Below, piece by piece: positions 1-11,880 of a stretch of 64,000 nt of DNA (its first letter is position 1; each line of letters starts with the position of its first letter). Both the position numbers and the translations under genes were made by a program. The stretch is from Ranitomeya imitator (taxonomy: Eukaryota): contig NC_091286.1 of the NCBI RefSeq assembly GCF_032444005.1, positions 575,236,001-575,300,000 of the forward strand, written 5' to 3'. Under the pieces are notes generated by a model. It was given only the letters and a program-made list of their open reading frames with translations, did no database searches and was not told the origin of the DNA.

Positions 1-170
1 TAACATTAGTGGTGTGGATTATGCAAAAAAATGGTGATATGAGATGGTTTACTGTATGTAAACCATGTCTCATATCATGTCGGGTTTTAGGAAGGAGAAA
101 GCAAAAGCCGGTAATTGAATTACCGGCTTTTTGCTATATGTGTCTCACTGACATATATATATATATATAT

Positions 171-594
171 TGTAAGGATTTCACTCACTCAGCTGCGACG
201 GCTGACACTCAGGAGACGTGTTCCTTTAAAGTTCACTGGGTTTATTGCTTCATAAACCATGTGGCAAATAACAGAAAGCAAAATGGGCCTTTGGTTCAGG
301 CAAAGAAAAGCAAGTGTCCAGTTCATCCGGCTCAGTCCTGAAGCCGTAACACACTCAGGAGGGTTTCACCTCCACACATATCTCCTGTGTAAAGGATTAG
401 CCAGTCTTATAAAGAGCTAACCCCACCCAGTAACCCATCACATGATTAGCCATGTGGTCTGACATTACCACAGGTCCTGAAACACATATACAAGATTATG
501 TGCAAGAAAGGAATACTCCGGGCTACATTACAGCAACCAGGCACTTATGTGGCACATACCTCCCATCGACTACAAACCCTTTAGCCATGCTACA
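171..594 (-). repeat. 3' LTR of the Gmr1-like element
   Basis: Direct repeat of 4916-5339; preceded on the minus strand by the PPT. Confidence 0.97.
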
Positions 595-3500
595 TACCTC
601 CCCCCTCTGCCTAAAGCCGTGGGGCTTGGCACTTTCCCCCACTAAACAAGGGATTCTCGATAGGGCATCCGCATTACCGTGCAGCTTTCCGGCCCTATGT
701 TCCACATGGAAACTGAAGTCCTGCAGGGCTAAGAACCAACGGGTGACTCTAGCATTTCTTCCTTTCGTTTCTCTCATCCACCTAAGCGGGGCATGGTCAG
801 ATACCAGTCTAAATTTACGTCCCAGCAGATAGTACCGCAATGTGTCCACTGCCCATTTTATGGCCAAGCACTCCTTCTCAACGACTGAGTAGTTCTTTTC
901 AGATGAGGACAGCTTCCTACTCAGATAGAGAACAGGATGCTCCTCCCCATGTAGTTCTTGGGAAAGGACTGCTCCCACCCCAACATCTGAGGCATCTGTC
1001 TGAAGAATAAACTCTTTCTTGAAGTTTGGGGCCATCAGAACGGGTTGCTTACACAAAGCGTTTTTCATTTCTTGGAAGGCTGACTCTGTTTCTTCGGACC
1101 ACTTAACCATTACTGATTTTGTCCCTTTTAGCAGGTCAGTCAGAGGCGCAGCCATCGTGGCGAAGTTTGGGATGAACCTCCTGTAATATCCCACGATTCC
1201 CAGGAAGGCTTTAACTTGTTTCTTGGAAACTGGTTTTGGCCATGTTTGTATTGCCTCCACTTTATTGATTTGGGGTTTTATTTCTCCATGACCCACTATG
1301 TATCCAAGGTACTTAGCTTCTTCTTTACCCAAGGCGCACTTCTTCGGGTTTATAATAAATCCGGCCTCTCTTATAGCATCCAACACCGCTTGGACTTTCT
1401 CCAGATGACTCTCCCAGTCCGGGCTAAAGATGACGATATCATCTAGGTACGCAGCAGCGTAGGCCTTATGGGGTGCAAGGACTCTATCCATAGCCCTCTG
1501 GAAGGTCGCCGGAGCTCCCTGTAGGCCAAACGGCATCCGGGCATATTGGAAGCATCCATCAGGTGTCGAAAAGGCCGTCTTCTCCTTGGCTTCCTGTGCC
1601 ATGGGGATCTGCCAATACCCCTTTGTCAAATCCAAGGTGGATATATATCTGGCGTGCCCAAGCCTTTCGATGAGCTCATCAATACGGGGCATGGGATAAG
1701 CGTCGAACTTGGAGACTTCATTCAACTTCCGATAGTCGTTGCAAAACCTCCACTCTCCATCAGGTTTTGGGACCAGGACAATTGGGCTCGACCAACCGCT
1801 CTTGGATTCCTCAATGACCCCAAGCCTCAACATACGCTCCACTTCCTTGGAGATAACTTCTCGACGAGCCTCAGGAATACGATAAGGTTTCACATTCACC
1901 CGCACATGTGGCTCTGTTAGGACCTCGTGCTCTATGACCTTCGTGTATCCTGGCAATTCTGAAAACAGGTCCCTGTTTTTCTGGAGTAACTCCCGGCACT
2001 GCTGTTTCTGGGTCTTTGATAGCGTCTCTGCTATAGTAACCGCTCCAACCTCACCTTCTGGGTTGCTTAACAATGATGGAGTTGCTGTCGGCTCTCTATC
2101 TTGCCATGGCTTGATGAGGTTGACATGGTAAACTTGGAATGGTTTCCGTCTTCCTGGTTGGTGAATTTTATAATTTACCTCACCAAGTTTCTCGACAACC
2201 TCATATGGCCCTTGCCATTTGGCCAAGAACTTGCTTTCCACCGTTGGAACTAACACAAGAACTCGGTCTCCCGGATTGAACTGCCTCACTCTTGCAGACC
2301 GGTTGTAGACCCTGGCTTGAGCTTCTTGTGCTTGGAGAAGGTGTTCTTTCACGATAGGCATCACCTTTGCAATCCTCTGCTGCATCAGGGCCACATGCTC
2401 AATGACGCTTCTGTGGGGTGTGACTTCGGCCTCCCAGGTTTCCTTGGCTATATCCAGGAGTCCTCGTGGATGTCGGCCATATAGAAGCTCAAACGGTGAG
2501 AACCCTGTGGAGGCCTGTGGAACTTCACGAATGGAAAACATCAGATAGGGTAAGAGACAATCCCAGTCTCTACCGTCTTTCTCTATAGCTTTTCTCAGCA
2601 TGCTCTTTAGTGTCTTGTTAAACCTCTCAACAAGGCCATCTGACTGGGGATGGTACACCGAGGTCCTCAACTGGGAGATCTTCAGGGCTTTGCATAACTC
2701 CCTCATCACCTTGCTCATGAAAGGTGTACCCTGGTCAGTCAGGATCTCCTTTGGCAGACCTGTCCGGGAAAAGACATGGACCAACTCGCGGGCTATGCTT
2801 TTTGAGGAAGAATTTCTCAAGGGAATTGCCTCAGGATAGCGTGTGGCATAGTCCAGGATGACTAATATATACTGATGGCCCCGAGCTGATTTAACTAAGG
2901 GACCGACCAAGTCCATGGCAATTCTCTCGAACGGTACCTCAATAATGGGCAGTGGCACAAGGGGGTTCCGGAAATGAGGAGTAGGAGCAGTTAGCTGACA
3001 TGTAGGGCAGGACCTGCAATAGTTCACTATTTCCCGGTGACACCCAGGCCAATAGAACCTCTGCACAACCCGTTCCTGCGTTTTTTCCACCCCCAGGTGT
3101 CCACCCAAGATGTGTGAATGGGCCATGTCCAACACTTTCCGTCTATACGGACCCGGCACTATCAACTGCTCTACCAACTCCTCCCGTATTTTCGTGACAC
3201 GGTACAACAACTCCCCCCTCAACAGAAAATGGGGAAATCTTGTGTCTGCCCCCGGCTCCTGTACCACCCCGTCAATAACTGTGACATTATTAAAGGCTTC
3301 CCTCAGAGTGGGGTCCCTATGTTGGGCAGTCCCAAAATTTTCACCGGTAACTTCTAACTCCAGAATGTCAGATGTAGGGGATACTTCCTCCTCATCCCCA
3401 ACCAGAACACAAAAAGGAAAACTGTCTGCCTCTGGGTGTGGCGATACCCTTCCAGGGTTCACTGGTTCCCTGCCAGGGAGCTCAGAACCATTTCCCCACA

Positions 3501-4860
3501 AATCCCAAAACAAACAGAAATCCCGGCCAATAATTATAGGGTGCAACAAGTCCTGAACCACGCCGACTATGTGGGACTCAGTGCCACATGCCGTTTCAAT
3601 GTCCACCCTGGCCATAGGGTAGTCCTTTGCATCACCATGTATGCACCGCACTCCGACCTTCTTTCCTGGGAGCAGGTGGAGAGGAAAAGTGGCCCTCACC
3701 AGGGTCACTAGGCTCCCCGAGTCTAACAGTGCCGTTACTGCTCGACCGTTCACCTTTACGGGACACACTTGAGGTCCCTCGTTGGATGGAGAGTTCACAC
3801 TACAGGCTGGATACGCATAGTATGAACAACGGCGTCCCATGCTGCAGTCCATCTGCTCAGTGGTTTGGGAACAACGGGCAGCTATATGTCCTGGCTTGTG
3901 GCACCTCCAACAAATAATATCACCCGTGGGGACCTTGGGCACCACCTCCCCCGCCCTTTGTGACCTTGGACGCACCACCCATTTTTGGGACTCAGCTGCC
4001 TTCTGGGACCCCCAGTACGGCATGGGCTGCCTCCCGAAGGAGCCTTCCAACCCTTGGTATCTCTCAACCAGTCCGATCAGCTCGTCGGCATTCTGGGGAT
4101 CACCCTGGGCAACCCAAGACTGTATAGGCCTCGGGAGGGAATGGACAAACCGATCCATCATCACCCGTTCTACCATCTGTGCAGGCGCAGAGGATTCTGG
4201 CTGCAGCCATTTCTGGACCAGGTGCAACAGATCAAACATTTGGGAACGAGGTGGTTTGTCCCGGTGATAGCCCCAGGAGTGAACTCGCTGTGCCCTGACA
4301 GTCAGTGTCACCCCCAAACGTGCGAGAATCTCGGCTTTCAATTTGTGATACTCTTTGGCATCCTGCAAGGTCAAATCATAGTACGCCTTCTGGGGTTCTC
4401 CCGTCAGGTATGGCGCAAGTACCTCTGCCCACTGCTCTGGCGGAAGTTTTTCCCTCTCAGCGACCCTCTCAAACACCGTCAGGAAGGCCTCAACATCATC
4501 CCCGGGAGTCATTTTCTGCAATGCGCGTCTTACCGTCTTCCGGACGTGGGTGTCATCAGCCAAACCTGGGGTTGGGGCGCTCGCCTTGCCCTGGATGGCG
4601 GTTGCCAGAAGCTGCATCTGCTGCTGATGCTCCTGCTGGCTCTGCTGCATCTGCTGCCGTTGCTCCTGCTGACTCTGCCGTTGCTCCTGCTGGCTCTGTT
4701 GTATCTGCTGCATCAACAGCCTGTTGGTCTCTTGCTGCCTTTGCTCCTGCTGGCTCTGCCTTTTCTCCTGCTGTGACTGCATCTGGACCAAGTGTTTCAG
4801 CAGGTCCTCCATTTTCTCCGGCAATGCTTGCTGGCTTGCAACAGCCTTGACCCAGGACAT
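523..4860 (-). CDS. Gag-Pol polyprotein, 1445 aa: Q-rich coil, SCAN-like capsid, CCHC knuckle, protease, integrase, RT, RNase H
   Basis: Motifs in order: VEAFLTVFERVA and LVQKWLQPE (capsid/SCAN-like), CWRCHKPGHIAARC, ALLDSGS, HSHILGGH...CRSC with MDLVG/TDQG/LVERFN (integrase), YLDD (RT), TDASDVGVGAVL (RNase H). Integrase before RT is the Gmr1-clade order. Confidence 0.96.
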   Translation of the reverse strand: MSWVKAVASQQALPEKMEDLLKHLVQMQSQQEKRQSQQEQRQQETNRLLMQQIQQSQQEQRQSQQEQRQQMQQSQQEHQQQMQLLATAIQGKASAPTPGLADDTHVRKTVRRALQKMTPGDDVEAFLTVFERVAEREKLPPEQWAEVLAPYLTGEPQKAYYDLTLQDAKEYHKLKAEILARLGVTLTVRAQRVHSWGYHRDKPPRSQMFDLLHLVQKWLQPESSAPAQMVERVMMDRFVHSLPRPIQSWVAQGDPQNADELIGLVERYQGLEGSFGRQPMPYWGSQKAAESQKWVVRPRSQRAGEVVPKVPTGDIICWRCHKPGHIAARCSQTTEQMDCSMGRRCSYYAYPACSVNSPSNEGPQVCPVKVNGRAVTALLDSGSLVTLVRATFPLHLLPGKKVGVRCIHGDAKDYPMARVDIETACGTESHIVGVVQDLLHPIIIGRDFCLFWDLWGNGSELPGREPVNPGRVSPHPEADSFPFCVLVGDEEEVSPTSDILELEVTGENFGTAQHRDPTLREAFNNVTVIDGVVQEPGADTRFPHFLLRGELLYRVTKIREELVEQLIVPGPYRRKVLDMAHSHILGGHLGVEKTQERVVQRFYWPGCHREIVNYCRSCPTCQLTAPTPHFRNPLVPLPIIEVPFERIAMDLVGPLVKSARGHQYILVILDYATRYPEAIPLRNSSSKSIARELVHVFSRTGLPKEILTDQGTPFMSKVMRELCKALKISQLRTSVYHPQSDGLVERFNKTLKSMLRKAIEKDGRDWDCLLPYLMFSIREVPQASTGFSPFELLYGRHPRGLLDIAKETWEAEVTPHRSVIEHVALMQQRIAKVMPIVKEHLLQAQEAQARVYNRSARVRQFNPGDRVLVLVPTVESKFLAKWQGPYEVVEKLGEVNYKIHQPGRRKPFQVYHVNLIKPWQDREPTATPSLLSNPEGEVGAVTIAETLSKTQKQQCRELLQKNRDLFSELPGYTKVIEHEVLTEPHVRVNVKPYRIPEARREVISKEVERMLRLGVIEESKSGWSSPIVLVPKPDGEWRFCNDYRKLNEVSKFDAYPMPRIDELIERLGHARYISTLDLTKGYWQIPMAQEAKEKTAFSTPDGCFQYARMPFGLQGAPATFQRAMDRVLAPHKAYAAAYLDDIVIFSPDWESHLEKVQAVLDAIREAGFIINPKKCALGKEEAKYLGYIVGHGEIKPQINKVEAIQTWPKPVSKKQVKAFLGIVGYYRRFIPNFATMAAPLTDLLKGTKSVMVKWSEETESAFQEMKNALCKQPVLMAPNFKKEFILQTDASDVGVGAVLSQELHGEEHPVLYLSRKLSSSEKNYSVVEKECLAIKWAVDTLRYYLLGRKFRLVSDHAPLRWMRETKGRNARVTRWFLALQDFSFHVEHRAGKLHGNADALSRIPCLVGESAKPHGFRQRGEVCSMAKGFVVDGRYVPHKCLVAVM

Positions 4861-4915
4861 TCAAAAATAAACTCACGTCTCCGCTGGGAACGCTGCTCGC
4901 ACGTCTACCACCAAT

Positions 4916-5339
4916 TGTAAGGATTTCACTCACTCAGCTGCGACGGCTGACACTCAGGAGACGTGTTCCTTTAAAGATCACTGGGTTTATTGCTTCATAA
5001 ACCATGTGGCAAATAACAGAAAGCAAAATGGGCCTTTGGTTCAGGCAAAGAAAAGCAAGTGTCCAGTTCATCCGGCTCAGTCCTGAAGCCGTAACACACT
5101 CAGGAGGGTTTCACCTCCACACATATCTCCTGTGTAAAGGATTAGCCAGTCTTATAAAGAGCTAACCCCACCCAGTAACCCATCACATGATTAGCCATGT
5201 GGTCTGACATTACCACAGGTCCTGAAACACATATACAAGATTATGTGCAAGAAAGGAATACTCCGGGCTACATTACAGCAACCAGGCACTTATGTGGCAC
5301 ATACCTCCCATCGACTACAAACCCTTTAGCCATGCTACA
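4916..5339 (-). repeat. 5' LTR of the Gmr1-like element
   Basis: Direct repeat of 171-594; followed on the minus strand by AT and then TGGTGG (PBS-like). Confidence 0.97.
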
Positions 5340-5731
5340 ATATATATATATACCTATTCTATGTGTACATATTTATTCTACCTATTCTACTGTAAGCTGT
5401 CAGTGTGATTTTACTGTACACCGCACTGAATTGCTGGCTTTTCTCTGTAACAGCGCTGCGTATTTCTCGCAAGTCACACTGCTGGTCCGTGTGTAATCCG
5501 TATTTTTGGGGCTTCCATAGACTTTCATTGGCGTTTTATTTGCGCAATACGGTGACAAACGCAGCATGCTGCGATTTTCTACGGCCGTAGAAAGCCGTAT
5601 AATACTGATCAGTAAAATACGGCAGATAGGAGCAGGGGCATAGAGAATAATTGTGCCGTATTTTTTGCGAGTTTTACGGACGTAGTTTCTGCGCTCTTAC
5701 GTCCGTAAAACTCGCAAGTGTGACGCCGGCC
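5340..5731. mobile_element. Right part of a PIF/Harbinger-type MITE; its left part is 1-170 and it is split by the Gmr1 insertion
   Basis: Ends in AAGTGTGACGCCGGCC followed by TTA. 5458-5731 is homologous to 54817-55075, the end of the large Harbinger element. Uninterrupted related sequence at ~8480-8595. Confidence 0.75.
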
Positions 5732-6058
5732 TTAGACTGGGTAAAAAAACGCTGCAAAAATGCTGAAAGAATAGACGCTGCAGACATTTCAGACATATTA
5801 TCTTTTCTGGTACTATCAAATATAACGTTTTTGGGATAATGGAGCTCTTAACTACAAATATGTCCGTCCCTGTAATTAAAAGAAATTAACATTTTTCTGG
5901 AGGGAAATTTATATTGTACATTATGTCAATTCAGTTTTGGATGTCGATGATAAAGTGTAATTTACAGCAATTTTTACTTTAAAAATGTGACAAATACCAA
6001 AATCAGCCATAAATCGCAAGTGCACGAAAATATTTCACGTTCATCACACAGCGGGTTA

Positions 6059-6479
6059 GGCTACTTTCACACTAGCGTTTTCTGCAATCCGTCACAATAC
6101 GTCGTTTTGCAGAAAAAACGCATCCTGCAAAAGTGCTTGCAGGATGCGTTTTTTCCCCATAGACTTGTATTGACGACGCATTTGCGACGGATTGCCACAC
6201 GTCGCATCCGTCGAGCAATGGATGCGTCGTGCTTCTGCGGACCGTCGGGAGCAAAAAACGCTGCATGTAATGTTTTTTGCTCCTGACGGACCGCTTTTTC
6301 CGACTGCGCATGCGCGGCCGAAACTCCGCCCCCACCTCCCCGCACCTTACAATGGGGCAGCGGATGCGCCGGAGAAATGCATCCGCTGCCTCCATTGTGC
6401 AATGCGCTAAACGCTAGCGTCGGAATCTCTCCGCGACGCATTGCGACAGGGAGATTCCGACGCTAGTGTGAAAGTAGCC
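6059..6479. mobile_element. PIF/Harbinger-type MITE
   Basis: TIRs GGCTACTTTCACACTAGCGT / CGCTAGTGTGAAAGTAGCC; TTA on both flanks. Confidence 0.85.
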
Positions 6480-6829
6480 TTAGCCGGTGTGCCCTCAAAT
6501 GCCAGGGCTGAGTTTCAGTTCCAGTCCAGCCCTGGGTTGGAGTGTGAGTGAGTGTGTGGACTCGTGTCTCATATACAGATAACGAGTTCACCCAGGTGCA
6601 ATTAATACAAGTAATGAGTGCAGAGTAGGAGGCTCCTTAAAGAAAAACTAACAAGTCTGTGAGAGCCAGAATTTGTGGTGGTTGATAGGTGATCAAATAC
6701 TTATTTCATGCAATAAAATGCAATTTAATTACCGTATGTAAAAATCGCACAATGTGAGCAATGATTATGCAGAAGCCGACAAATGAATTATCGGCTATTC
6801 TGCTACCTAGCTCTCTATGAAATATAAAG

Positions 6830-6870
<41 letters not shown>

Positions 6871-6873
<3 letters not shown>

Positions 6874-8478
6874 TGGGGCAAAAAAGTATTTAGTCAGTCA
6901 GCAATAGTGCAAGTTCCACCACTTAAAAAGATGAGAGGCGTCTGTAATTTACATCATAGGTAGACCTCAACTATGGGAGACAAACTGAGAAAAAAAAAAT
7001 CCAGAAAATCACATTGTCTGTTTTTTTATCATTTTTTTTGCATATTATGCTGGAAAATAAGTATTTGGTCAGAAACAAACAATCAAGATTTCTGGCTCTC
7101 ACAGACCTGTAACTTCTTCTTTAAGAGTCTCCTCTTTCCTCCACTCATTACCTGTAGTAATGGCACCTGTATAAACTTGTTATCAGTATAAAAAGACACC
7201 TGTGCACACCCTCAAACAGTCTGACTCCAAACTCCACTATGGTGAAGACCAAAGAGCTGTCAAAGGACACCAGAAACAAAATTGTAGCCCTGCACCAGGC
7301 TGGGAAGACTGAATCTGCAATAGCCAACCAGCTTGGAGTGAAGAAATCAACAGTGGGAGCAATAATTAGAAAATGGAAGACATACAAGACCACTGATAAT
7401 CTCCTTCGATCTGGGGCTCCAAGCAAAATCCCACCCCGTGGGGTCAGAATGATCACAAGAACGGTGAGCAAAAATCCCAGAACCACGCGGGGGGACCTAG
7501 TGAATGAACTGCAGAGAGCTGGGACCAATGTAACAAGGCCTACCATAAGTAACACACTACGCCACCATGGACTCAGATCCTGCAGTGCCAGACGTGTCCC
7601 ACTGCTTAAGCCAGTACATGTCCGGGCCCGTCTGAAGTTTGCTAGAGAGCATTTGGATCATCCAGAGGAGTTTTGGGAGAATGTCCTATGGTCTGATGAA
7701 ACCAAACTGGAACTGTTTGGTAGAAACACAACTTGTCGTGTTTGGAGGAAAAAGAATACTGAGTTGCATCCATCAAACACCATACCTACTGTAAAGCATG
7801 GTGGTGGAAACATCATGCTTTGGGGCTGTTTCTCCGCAAAGGGACCAGGACGACTGGTCCGGATACATGAAAGAATGAATGGGGCCATGTATCGTGAGAT
7901 TTTGAGTGCAAACCTCCTTCCATCAGCAAGGGCATTGAAGATGAAACGTGGCTGGGTCTTTCAACATGACAATGATCCAAAGCACACCGCCAGGGCAACG
8001 AAGGAGTGGCTTCGTAAGAAGCATTTCAAGGTCCTGGAGTGGCCTAGCCAGTCTCCAGATCTCAACCCTATAGAAAACCTTTGGAGGGAGTTGAAAGTCC
8101 GTGTTGCCAAGCGAAAAGCCAAAAACATCACTGCTCTAGAGGAGGTCTGCATGGAGGAATGGGCCAACATACCAACAACAGTGTGTGGCAACCTTGTGAA
8201 GACTTACAGAAAACGTTTGACCTCTGTCATTGCCAACAAAGGATATATTACAAAGTATTGAGATGAAATTTTGTTTCTGACCAAATACTTATTTTCCACC
8301 ATAATATGCAAATAAAATGATAAAAAAACAGACAATGTGATTTTCTGGATTTTTTTTTTCTCAGTTTGTCTCCCATAGTTGAGGTCTACCTATGATGTAA
8401 ATTACAGACGCCTCTCATCTTTTTAAGTGGTGGAACTTGCACTATTGCTGACTGACTAAATACTTTTTTGCCCCACTG
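6871..8478 (+). mobile_element. Tc1-family DNA transposon, copy 1
   Basis: ~210-bp TIRs starting CAGTGGGGCAAAAAAGTATT, TA flanks, intact transposase ORF. Confidence 0.97.
7239..8261 (+). CDS. Tc1 transposase (DD34E), 340 aa
   Basis: WSDETK, HDNDPKH and SPDLNPIE motifs; 34 residues between the second D and the E; N-terminal paired-like HTH region. Confidence 0.97.
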   Translation: MVKTKELSKDTRNKIVALHQAGKTESAIANQLGVKKSTVGAIIRKWKTYKTTDNLLRSGAPSKIPPRGVRMITRTVSKNPRTTRGDLVNELQRAGTNVTRPTISNTLRHHGLRSCSARRVPLLKPVHVRARLKFAREHLDHPEEFWENVLWSDETKLELFGRNTTCRVWRKKNTELHPSNTIPTVKHGGGNIMLWGCFSAKGPGRLVRIHERMNGAMYREILSANLLPSARALKMKRGWVFQHDNDPKHTARATKEWLRKKHFKVLEWPSQSPDLNPIENLWRELKVRVAKRKAKNITALEEVCMEEWANIPTTVCGNLVKTYRKRLTSVIANKGYITKY

Positions 8479-11400
8479 TATATGTGTGTCTCACTGACAT
8501 ATATATATATACCTATTCTATGTGTATATATCTATTCTATTCTAACCTGTCAGTGTGATTTTACTGTACACCGCATATGAATTAACAGCTTTTCAAAGGA
8601 CACAGGGCATAAAAATCAGACAGCACTCGCATGGTGCGAGTGCTGTGTGATTTTTTTCTCGCACCCATTGACTTACATTGAAGAGTCTCGTTCGAGAATC
8701 CCAGCAATACGCATCATGCTGCGATTTTTTTCTCAGTCCGATCTCGGCTGAGAAAAACCTGACAAATGAGATGTCACCTATTGAATAACATTGGTCAGAG
8801 TGAAACCCAATTTTTTCTCGGATAGCACTCATCCGTTTTTCTCGCAAATGAGTATGAGCCCAAAGAGTTTGAGTTTTAGCTATGCTATGGCTATCCAAAC
8901 ATAATTGTTTAATTGACTGGAAACTATGAGATATTGCATGTTGAAATTCAGAATCTTACCTGATTAGTTTTTTTATCCAAGTCTTTACATTCATTGCTAG
9001 TTTCTCCTAAGGGTTTACCTCAATGTTTTAGTGATTTTTCTAATGTGGTTTTTCTAGATCAAACTCTGTATGATTTTTTTTATACTCTCATGTGAACTTA
9101 CCCTTAACCCTTTCACCGCCTTGGGATGTTCTGTTTTTGCCTTTTTGTTTTTTTGCTCCCCTTCTTCCCAGAGCCATAAATTTTTATTATATTATCATAT
9201 TTCAGCAGCAGTGATTTGCCGGCGCATGCACAGAAGAACGATGAAGTCAATGCTCATAGAAGGGAAGAAAATGTGCTATATAATTACACTATTGCATGGT
9301 GCAGGCGCGGGATTACGGGCACAGGGAACTGTGATGCTGATGGGAGGGTGGTATGCAAATGAACACTGGAGGCAGGAGTTTTCTTCCAGGCACCACATGC
9401 CCCAGAGCCTGGAAGAACTCATTAACATAAAGGATAAAAAGATGATTTCTCAACAACAAGACCGGAGCTATGAGACATGCAGGTATGACTATTTGAACAA
9501 TTCTATCACCTGTATGTTCATGTTAACACCTTAACTTTTTCAGCCTGCAAGCCTGTTTCCACTTTCATGACCAGGCCAAATTTTACAATTCTGACCAGTG
9601 TCAATTTACGTGGTAGTAACTCTGGAATGCCTCAATGGATCCCACTGATTTTTTTTTAATGATAAATTGTACTTCATGATAGTGGTAACCTTTCCCTGAA
9701 ATGACTTGTATTTATTTGTTAAAACAATGGAAATTTGGCAAAAATTTGGGAAATTTTGCAATTTTCAAACATTAAATTCTTATGCTCTTAAATCAGAGCG
9801 TTATGTCGCACAAAATAGTTATTAAATAACATTTCCCACATGTCTACATTACATCAGCACAATTTTTGAAACATAACTTTTTTGTTAGAAAGTTCTAATG
9901 GTTAAAATTTGACATGCGATTTCTTATTTTTTTCAACAAAATTTTCAAAACCTTTTTTTAGGGACACCATTACATTTGAAGTCACTTTCATGGGACTATA
10001 TGAAAGAAAACACCCAAAAGTGACATCATTCTAAAAACTGTACCCCTCAAGATGCTGAAAACCGCAATCAAGATGTTTATTAATCCTTTAGGTGCTTCAG
10101 AGAAATTTTTGGAATGTGTAAAGAAAAAATGAACATTTAATTTTTTTCACAAAAATTTTACTTTAGGCCAATTTTTTATTTTCACAAGGGCAACAGGAAA
10201 CAATGGACCACAAAATTTGTTGTGCAATTTCTCCTGAGCATGCTGATACCCCATATGTAGGGGAAAACCACTGTTTGGGCGCATGGCAGTGCTCAGAAGG
10301 GAAGGAGTGCCATTTACTAGTCTGAATGCAAAATTTGCTGGAATAGTTTGTGGATGCCATGTCCCATTTGTAGAGCCCCTGATGTGCCTAAAAAGTGGAA
10401 ACCCCCCACAAGTGGAAACTAGACCCGTCAAAGAACTTATCTAGATGCGTGTGTGAGCACCTTGATCCCCCAGGTGCTTCTCAGAAGTTTTTAACGTAGA
10501 GCCATGAAAAAAAAAGAAAAAATCTGATTTTTCCCACAAAAACATTTTTTGGGTTCCAAGTTTTTTATTTTCACAGGGAAACAGTAGAAAATGGAGTCCA
10601 AAATTTGTTGTGCAATTTCTCTTGAGTGCACAGATACCCCATGTGGCCCCATATGTGGTGAAAATCTACTGTTTGGGTGCTCGGCAGGGCTCAGAAAGGA
10701 AGGAGTGACATTTTGGAACAGAGATTTTGAAGGAATGGTCTGCAGGTGTCATGTTGCATTTGGAGAGCCCCTACTGTGCCTAAACAGTGGAACTACCCAA
10801 CAAGTGACCCCATTTTGGAAACTAGACCCCTCAAGGAATGCATCTAGATGTCTGCTGAGCACCTTGAACTCCCAGATACTTCACAGAAGTTTATAATGTA
10901 GAGCCGGGAAAATAAAAAAGTAAAATTTTCCCACAAAAATGTTATTTTAGCCCCAATTTTTTAATTTTCACAAGGTAACAGGAGAAAATGGAACCCAAAA
11001 TTTGTTGCGCAATTTCTTTTGAGTATGCCAGTACCACATATGTAGTACTTTTGAGGCACAGTGCACAACTCAGAGCCCCTAAGATGCCAGAATTGCAGAA
11101 CCCTTACATAAAAGACCCCATTTTACAAACTACACTTCTCAATGAATTAATCTAGGTGTGCAGTGATCGTATCGACACCATAGGTGGGTCACAGAATTTT
11201 ATACAATTGGGCAGTGAACAAAAACATAATTACATTTTTACCACCAAAATTGTTTTTTAATTCCAGATTTTAAATTTTCACGCTGGAAAATGGGTAAAAA
11301 TGTCACCAAAATTTGTACCAGCTTTGTGCTGATGAATGTAGAAATACTCCATATGTGGCTGAACAGTACTGCTTAGCCATTCGGCAAGACTCGGGAAAGG

Positions 11401-11757
11401 GGAGCATGATTTGCTTCCTGGAGTGCAGGTTTTCCTTAAATAGTTTGCAGACTCCATATACAGAGCCCTTAGGTGCTAGAAGAGCAGAATTCCCCCTCAA
11501 TTGACCCCATTTTGGAAATTATACCCTTTTGGGAATTTATGTCCAGATGTAGTGACGATTTTGACTCCGTGGGTGTTTTACAGAAACAAGCAGTAGTGTT
11601 GCTGAGTAAAAATTGCAAACTGCTGTTGTAGTGACTAGTACGTTGTAGTGACCAGGACATTATGCCCATCTAATGCTTCTGGAGATACACACCCGTAAAT
11701 AAGGTGGGCTCGCATCACTACAGAAATGCCAAACATGTGGATGCTAAAAGTGGTTTA

Positions 11758-11880
11758 CAGAAGAAGAAGAAGGAGCAGCATCTTTCTTCTTCTTCTGTGA
11801 CTACTGGTCCGATTGGATCCTTGGATTTTTGAGCATGCATCCTGTATCTGAGTGCTGGTGGTTGACTTTTTGTACATTAG
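11758..11880. mobile_element. 123-bp insertion with a 16-bp target-site duplication
   Basis: TGCTAAAAGTGGTTTA at 11742-11757 and 11881-11896; internal (GAA)n/(TTC)n hairpin. Confidence 0.7.

Larger units (their letters stand above)
171..5339 (-). mobile_element. Full-length Gmr1-like Ty3/Gypsy LTR retrotransposon
   Basis: 424-bp LTRs (171-594, 4916-5339) with TG...CA ends and 1 mismatch seen (232 vs 4977). ATAT flanks both sides, inside a (TA)n tract. Polypurine tract next to the 3' LTR (595-608, minus strand). TGG-starting PBS-like sequence at 4913-4895. One long gag-pol ORF. Confidence 0.97.

Noticed and set aside
4895-4913. Assignment of the Gmr1 PBS to a specific tRNA
   Set aside because: TGGTGGTAGACGTGCGAGC only loosely resembles a tRNA-Ala complement; it needs comparison with the species' tRNA set.
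3985-4933. 263-, 181- and 125-aa ORFs overlapping the Gmr1 gag
   Set aside because: Antisense or alternate-frame shadows of the Q-rich repeat region; no independent evidence.
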